A program made the translations under genes and the position numbers. From a bacterium (GTDB taxonomy: Bacteria > Zixibacteria > MSB-5A5 > CAIYYT01): a stretch of DNA of 64,000 bases. Location of the stretch: contig JADJGC010000008.1 of the NCBI GenBank assembly GCA_016708315.1, positions 31,699-95,698 on the forward strand, in the 5' to 3' direction. Positions 59,519-64,000 of the stretch are shown in pieces (positions within the stretch are counted from its first letter, which is position 1; every line of letters starts with the position of its first letter). The notes below the pieces were generated by a model. That model was given only the letters and a program-made list of their open reading frames with translations, was not told where the DNA came from and made no database searches.

Positions 59519-60961
59519 TTATGGCATCGGTTTGAAAACGACCGCTCGATGGAGCCTGTCCAGTGGACCAAAGTGCAAATGCCAATGCGGGCTTTGGGAC
59601 GCTATCGGGATTGGTTTTTCGGCGGCGACACCCAGGCTATCAATCGTTTTGTCCTGACCGGTGTGCTTCACCAACAGGAACGATTCCTGAGACAGGTTGC
59701 GCACCCGAATCGAATCAGCCCGGGTGCGAGTGATTTCGACGAGCGGTTGCTCGGTCTGGTCTGATGCATCATCACTGTGAACGTGTCGGCGCAAGATTTG
59801 AACTGATTCTTTAGGTGCCAAAACGATCGTGGCCAAGGAACGACTCTGACTGGTCGAGGTTTTAACGAAGCCGCCTGGTGAAGCTCCGGTGGCAAAAGTA
59901 ATTTCAGGATCCCAAAGATAAACAACCGCCAAGCTTAACTGCGGGCGAGGCTGTCCGCACCACGGGCACTCACGCCTTTGGGGGGCGTAAAATGAAGCCT
60001 GGCAATGCGGACAAGTGATCGTCACGTCGGCCGCCTGACTGAGAGCACTGACCCATTCCCCCAAGCCGGGGCGGGCAAGGCGGTCTTTAAGCCCGTCCTC
60101 GAACATGCGCTTGAAAAGTTTTTTTACCTCCGGGGAAATTACGATGTCTCGGTCAATGCCCCGGGAGGAACGATTTTTCAAATCGGTGGTGTGTTCGATC
60201 CAAGGCATATCACCGCGAAACGCCGCCTCTTCAAGTTCCGGTTCGCCATCGTGGACCAGATTGCCCACGAACGGGTGGACGAGGGTCAGCAATTCAAAGG
60301 CAATCACAGCCAAGGCGAAAGCATCGGTCAAAGTATCCGGCCCCATGTCGCCACGAATCAATTCGGGTGCTCCATATCCAGGGGTAAAAACCCCGGAGGC
60401 GGTAGCATCGCGCTGAACATGTAAATTATCGGCATCAATCAAAAAAGCCCAGGAGTGATTTCCATCGGAGCCAAACAGAATATTCTGCGGTGAGGGATCG
60501 CCGTAAACCAAACCGCGTCCATGCAAGCGGCTGAAGACATCAAAAATGGCCACCAACTTTTGCAACCTTGCCCGCAGTCCCCCAGTGGCCACATACCACG
60601 CGGTCACACTACGACCATCTGCAGGTGGAACCATCATGGCTCGAAGTGATGACATGCCGGCGGCCAATTGCATCAGATAGCCCACATGTGGAGGTCCTAA
60701 TACAGCAATTGGTGAAGCGATGGGCAGTCCAGCCAAGTCCAACCGCTTCACCGCCTGAATGCAACGACGCAGACGCTGCCGCTCACTTTCGCTGACGGAT
60801 CGCAGGAGTTTCACGGCGAGACGGCCTTCCTTGACCTCGAAAACATCCCCTTGACCACCCTGGCCAATCAACTTTGCCAAAGTATAGCGACGGCCTTCGA
60901 GGTCCGTGACCACTTGACCACAGACGGTTGATTGGATGCGGGGTGATGGCATGGCAATCAA
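59519..60961 (-). CDS. Ser/Thr protein kinase with C-terminal zinc ribbon
   Basis: IGQGGQGDVF Gly loop, AVK lysine, LVYGDPSPQNILF catalytic loop, TPGYGAPE; CPHC...CPWC. Confidence 0.8.
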   Translation of the reverse strand: MIAMPSPRIQSTVCGQVVTDLEGRRYTLAKLIGQGGQGDVFEVKEGRLAVKLLRSVSESERQRLRRCIQAVKRLDLAGLPIASPIAVLGPPHVGYLMQLAAGMSSLRAMMVPPADGRSVTAWYVATGGLRARLQKLVAIFDVFSRLHGRGLVYGDPSPQNILFGSDGNHSWAFLIDADNLHVQRDATASGVFTPGYGAPELIRGDMGPDTLTDAFALAVIAFELLTLVHPFVGNLVHDGEPELEEAAFRGDMPWIEHTTDLKNRSSRGIDRDIVISPEVKKLFKRMFEDGLKDRLARPGLGEWVSALSQAADVTITCPHCQASFYAPQRRECPWCGQPRPQLSLAVVYLWDPEITFATGASPGGFVKTSTSQSRSLATIVLAPKESVQILRRHVHSDDASDQTEQPLVEITRTRADSIRVRNLSQESFLLVKHTGQDKTIDSLGVAAEKPIPIASQSPHWHLHFGPLDRLHRAVVFKPMP

Positions 60962-61707
60962 TGACTCAAGATGACGGCAACCGTTTTATCATCGAGATGA
61001 CCTGGCGTTGGCCATTCTCGCAAAGCCCGGCGGAGCGTCGGACCCCTTTCGATACTTGGCTTGCCAGCAATTTCGTTTCGCAACCATTTTATGAACACGT
61101 CCAATTTGTCCGGGCGCAGATCGTCAGCAATTCCGTCGGTCACGAGGACGGCGATCCATGGTTCTTTGGAAAGCGGCAGGCTAACGTGATTCCAGTCGGT
61201 CATCCGGTGGTTCACACCCAGTCCGAGGGTTTCGTTGACAAAATCCCCGGCGGGCCGAGTAGAAAGGCATTGGACCGGTTGTTTTCCCCGTTGGAAAAAG
61301 GCCATGCCGTCGCCCAGCCCCGCATATATTAATCCCGCTTTCGGATGGGCGGCAATTAGATGACAGGTGGTGGCACATTGCTGCGGCGGATGTGGCGCAA
61401 CCGAGAAACGCCATTGCGCTTCAAGCCAGCGACAAACCCATTCCGAGCCGACGTCAGTTGCCTTGGCCCACAACCGAGTGGCTCGAATGGCCGAGGCGCA
61501 TGCGGAGCGCGCTCCGAGTGCGGCAAATGGTTTTGATCCCATGCCGTCCCCGATAGAAATTGCCGCCGCTGGCCCAAACGACCGTCCCCGCCAAACATCC
61601 TCGCAGGGTTTTCCGTTCTTTTTGTGCATAGGGCCACGCACTGATGCCCCAAAAATAATTGGCGCAACAGCGAGCGTAGCACGACCATGCTTAGTAACGG
61701 ATTTCAT
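60958..61707 (-). CDS. PP2C-family Ser/Thr phosphatase
   Basis: CEDVW...SIGDGMG, AGLGDG, VLVTDGIADDL; 4-nt overlap with kinase gene. Confidence 0.8.
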   Translation of the reverse strand: MKSVTKHGRATLAVAPIIFGASVRGPMHKKNGKPCEDVWRGRSFGPAAAISIGDGMGSKPFAALGARSACASAIRATRLWAKATDVGSEWVCRWLEAQWRFSVAPHPPQQCATTCHLIAAHPKAGLIYAGLGDGMAFFQRGKQPVQCLSTRPAGDFVNETLGLGVNHRMTDWNHVSLPLSKEPWIAVLVTDGIADDLRPDKLDVFIKWLRNEIAGKPSIERGPTLRRALREWPTPGHLDDKTVAVILSH

Positions 61708-62365
61708 CTATTTCCAAGGGATCAACCGGGGCAATTTTATCAGGTGTGGCACTCCGACTGCGCACGGTAACGCTCATGGTCACCCACTTGAAAAATTTGT
61801 GAATATCGCGGGCCTGGTGGGCCTGAAACACTTTTGACTCAGGCGCATTGAGGAAACTCTGAAGCATTTGGCCATCGGCGTCCGCACCGATCGCCATGGC
61901 CATACGAGCCGCCTTGGAAGCCCGCGCTGATTCGAGCAACTGTTTCAGGGGCAACTGCCATTCGTCACTCGGCTGCCCGTCTGAAACCAGCACGAGCGTG
62001 GGACGATAAGACCGGGAAGGAACGAGTTTCTTGCCCTCCAACATGACGTGCAGTTGGGTCAGGGTTTGCCCCAACGGGGTGTTGCCCTGAGCAACCAACG
62101 GCTGCCATTTCTTTTTTGCCTCCGCCGCATTCAACAAAGGCAAATGAGCGCGGACATCGCCCCCAAAGGCAATGGCCCCGATTTGGATCATGGCGCGAAC
62201 ATCCGGCTCGGCGGCAAAGGTCGCGAGCATTTCCTCAACGGCCCGATTCAGCGCTTCAATCTTGCCGTTTTCCGCCATGCTCCCGCTGGCGTCGAGGAGA
62301 AGAAAAACAGGGAGAGGGCGGGCTTGATCGACCGTGAACTCCTTGAGTGTGATTTCGTTCTTCAT
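61691..62365 (-). CDS. vWA domain protein (TerY-like)
   Basis: MIDAS LLLDASGSM, LVLVSDGQPSD; start at MKNEITL (ATG 62365). Confidence 0.75.
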   Translation of the reverse strand: MKNEITLKEFTVDQARPLPVFLLLDASGSMAENGKIEALNRAVEEMLATFAAEPDVRAMIQIGAIAFGGDVRAHLPLLNAAEAKKKWQPLVAQGNTPLGQTLTQLHVMLEGKKLVPSRSYRPTLVLVSDGQPSDEWQLPLKQLLESARASKAARMAMAIGADADGQMLQSFLNAPESKVFQAHQARDIHKFFKWVTMSVTVRSRSATPDKIAPVDPLEIDEIRY

Positions 62366-62648
62366 GAACACATGGTAACCAAAACTGTGAGTCAGCCGCA
62401 ACGAGCGAGTCAGCTTGGAAGCGACAGCGGATGTGAAACGCTGTGGAAGTGGGTTCACGGGCTGCGACCGATAGAAAGAGTGTTCCGGCCGCCACGAGCG
62501 GAGCGGGCAGAAAGTGATGAACTACGGGCAAAGCTCGAAGCGTTACCGTCGGCTGACAAAGCGGACGGGGTACCATTCAGCCGACGCATTTATCTCCGCC
62601 GCAGCGGATATTGCGAAGCTTTGTGCCGTGCATCCGTCGCTTCCGGCG

Positions 62649-62787
62649 TTACTGCGCTGCCCAAGCCATGATAACCTCCACGATTTTCGGTACGAGGAAC
62701 AAACAGACAGCGCCGCCGAGGTTCTTGCCCATCGCTTCCATGTCTCCGTTCTTGAATTTGATCGAAGCAATACCCATAAAAATCACT
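62649..62787 (-). repeat. direct repeat copy 2 (intact 3' end of trbC)
   Basis: Aligned by eye to 49480..49615, core about 60 nt about 95% identical. Confidence 0.7.
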
Positions 62788-63029
62788 CCAAGGAGATAGA
62801 AGACGTACAGAGCGTACTTCGCCACGGAACGGAGCGTGGCCGTGAGTCCCGTGCTTTCATTGGCGGCGTCCTGGAAGTCTCCCGTGCCGAGTCCTCCGCC
62901 AATATCCGAAGAGTCGCCCGCCCCGGTGCTCTGGGCCAGGACCAGGCGCGGGCTGCCCAGCAGCGTGAGAACGAACAGGCCCACCATGAGTTTTGCGATC
63001 AGATGTTTCATAACGGTAATCGTTGTCAT
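62649..63029 (-). CDS. TrbC/VirB2-family T4SS pilin
   Basis: Signal peptide + two hydrophobic segments, 126 aa; its 3' end is direct repeat copy 2. Confidence 0.6.
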   Translation of the reverse strand: MTTITVMKHLIAKLMVGLFVLTLLGSPRLVLAQSTGAGDSSDIGGGLGTGDFQDAANESTGLTATLRSVAKYALYVFYLLGVIFMGIASIKFKNGDMEAMGKNLGGAVCLFLVPKIVEVIMAWAAQ

Positions 63030-63120
63030 TTTGTCTCCGGCCCTGTTTGGCTTCGCCGCCAGGCCCGTTTCTCCATTCTAGGTTTCGCCCAGTGGGTCCT
63101 CTACCTGTCGCTCGCTTTTT

Positions 63121-63423
63121 CTATATGTGCCCCTGATCCTGGCCAAAGCGTTCGGGGAAGAATTGGATCAAGATTCGGCACAAGCATCCGAGCGTGCAGT
63201 AACAGGAAAACACGATGAACGCCAGGATGCGGACGGCGGCGCGCAGCTTCGGCGCCTGGGCGATGTCGATGAACTCGGTGATGTAAGGATGCCAGGCGAT
63301 GGCCACGCCGGCCAGAAAGAGCAGGCTTGCGAAAACGCTCAACACGATCGCGTTGATGGATGGAAACGGTCGGGCGAGCCAGTTCATGACGGCAACAAGA
63401 ACGTCTCTCATAGCCTCATCCAC
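63121..63423 (-). CDS. small membrane protein
   Basis: Two or three hydrophobic helices. Confidence 0.4.
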   Translation of the reverse strand: MDEAMRDVLVAVMNWLARPFPSINAIVLSVFASLLFLAGVAIAWHPYITEFIDIAQAPKLRAAVRILAFIVFSCYCTLGCLCRILIQFFPERFGQDQGHI

Positions 63424-63737
63424 TGTTGGGTGGTTGGGTCGTATGCGACCTGGGCGGCAAGATTCGTTGGGTTGATCTGGTAATAATAGTGCCCCTTGGA
63501 CGCGAGTCTGACTTGCAGCTCCAGGACCCGTCCCAACGTGTCGTTCGCCGTCACTGGGAGACCCTCCATATCAGCCAGCGCTTGCATCCGCTGCACGGTT
63601 GCCAATGCGTCGCTCTGGGCAACTGTGCGGGCTTCCTCTCGCATTCCGGAGATTCGCCATGCGCCAACGGCCGCAAGGATGAACACCACGGTCAACACCA
63701 TCACCAATTCGATCAAAGTGAAACCGTCACGTTTCAT
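63408..63737 (-). CDS. prepilin-type pseudopilin
   Basis: MKRDGFTLIELVMVLTVVFILAAV. Confidence 0.7.
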   Translation of the reverse strand: MKRDGFTLIELVMVLTVVFILAAVGAWRISGMREEARTVAQSDALATVQRMQALADMEGLPVTANDTLGRVLELQVRLASKGHYYYQINPTNLAAQVAYDPTTQQWMRL

Positions 63738-64000
63738 TCTGCCTCCTGCGATTGCTGCGCACCGCATGCCACGCCAGACCCGGAGCTCCTGCGATTGCCG
63801 AGGACAATGTCGCTTTCACTGCTGATTTTCCGTCGGTGATGCCCAGCGCCTTGCCAACGGATTTGATCCCGCCCGCCAAAGCGCGTCCAATTGGCGCCGA
63901 CGGAGCATCGACTCCGCCTGATGCGCCGACGGGTGGCGCACCCGCAGCGGCTCCAACTTTACTTGCGCCTCCGGCTGCGCTTCCTGCCGCTCCAGCCCCT

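Noticed and set aside
1-64000. tRNA/rRNA genes
   Set aside because: No T-loop (GGTTCGANTCC-like) consensus with matching acceptor stems found in intergenic gaps; gaps are short and GC-rich
63771-64000. Partial minus-strand Gly/Ala-rich ORF running off the window end
   Set aside because: Too short and low-complexity to call; may be the C-terminus of a gene beyond the window

Overview
The window is a 64-kb, roughly 58-60% GC bacterial segment in which almost all genes lie on the minus strand. The abundance of prepilin-type (pseudopilin) proteins suggests a Verrucomicrobia/Planctomycetes-like host, but that is an inference. Three things are mixed together. (1) A phage/plasmid-style DNA replication and repair module: a stand-alone 5'-3' flap exonuclease, DnaN sliding clamp, AAA+ ATPase, SNF2 helicase, SbcCD, RNase HII, DinG helicase, and a family-A DNA polymerase carrying an N-terminal UDG-like domain instead of a 5'-3' exonuclease domain. 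(2) A type IV pilus / type II secretion-like locus: a secretin, a GspE/PilB ATPase, two PilT paralogs, PilMNOP-like proteins, six or more pseudopilins, stand-alone GspE-N domain proteins and an embedded sigma-70 factor. (3) A conjugative T4SS fragment (VirB4/TrbE, VirB2/TrbC pilin). The most striking feature is a roughly 13-kb cargo island at about 49.6-62.6 kb that sits inside the T4SS operon and is flanked by roughly 135-bp direct repeats made from the 3' end of the trbC pilin gene. The island encodes a McrB-like AAA+ GTPase with a roughly 450-aa N-terminal coiled coil, a McrC-like partner, a Upf1-like SF1 helicase, an unknown 547-aa protein, and a Ser/Thr kinase + PP2C phosphatase + vWA (TerY-like) triad. 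This matches the architecture of the recently proposed coiled-coil nuclease tandem (CoCoNuT) Type IV restriction-like systems associated with TerY-P triads. At least six genes are split by frameshifts and one by an in-frame TAG, several at homopolymer runs, so either indel sequencing errors or real pseudogenisation must be considered. No tRNA, rRNA or CRISPR array was found.
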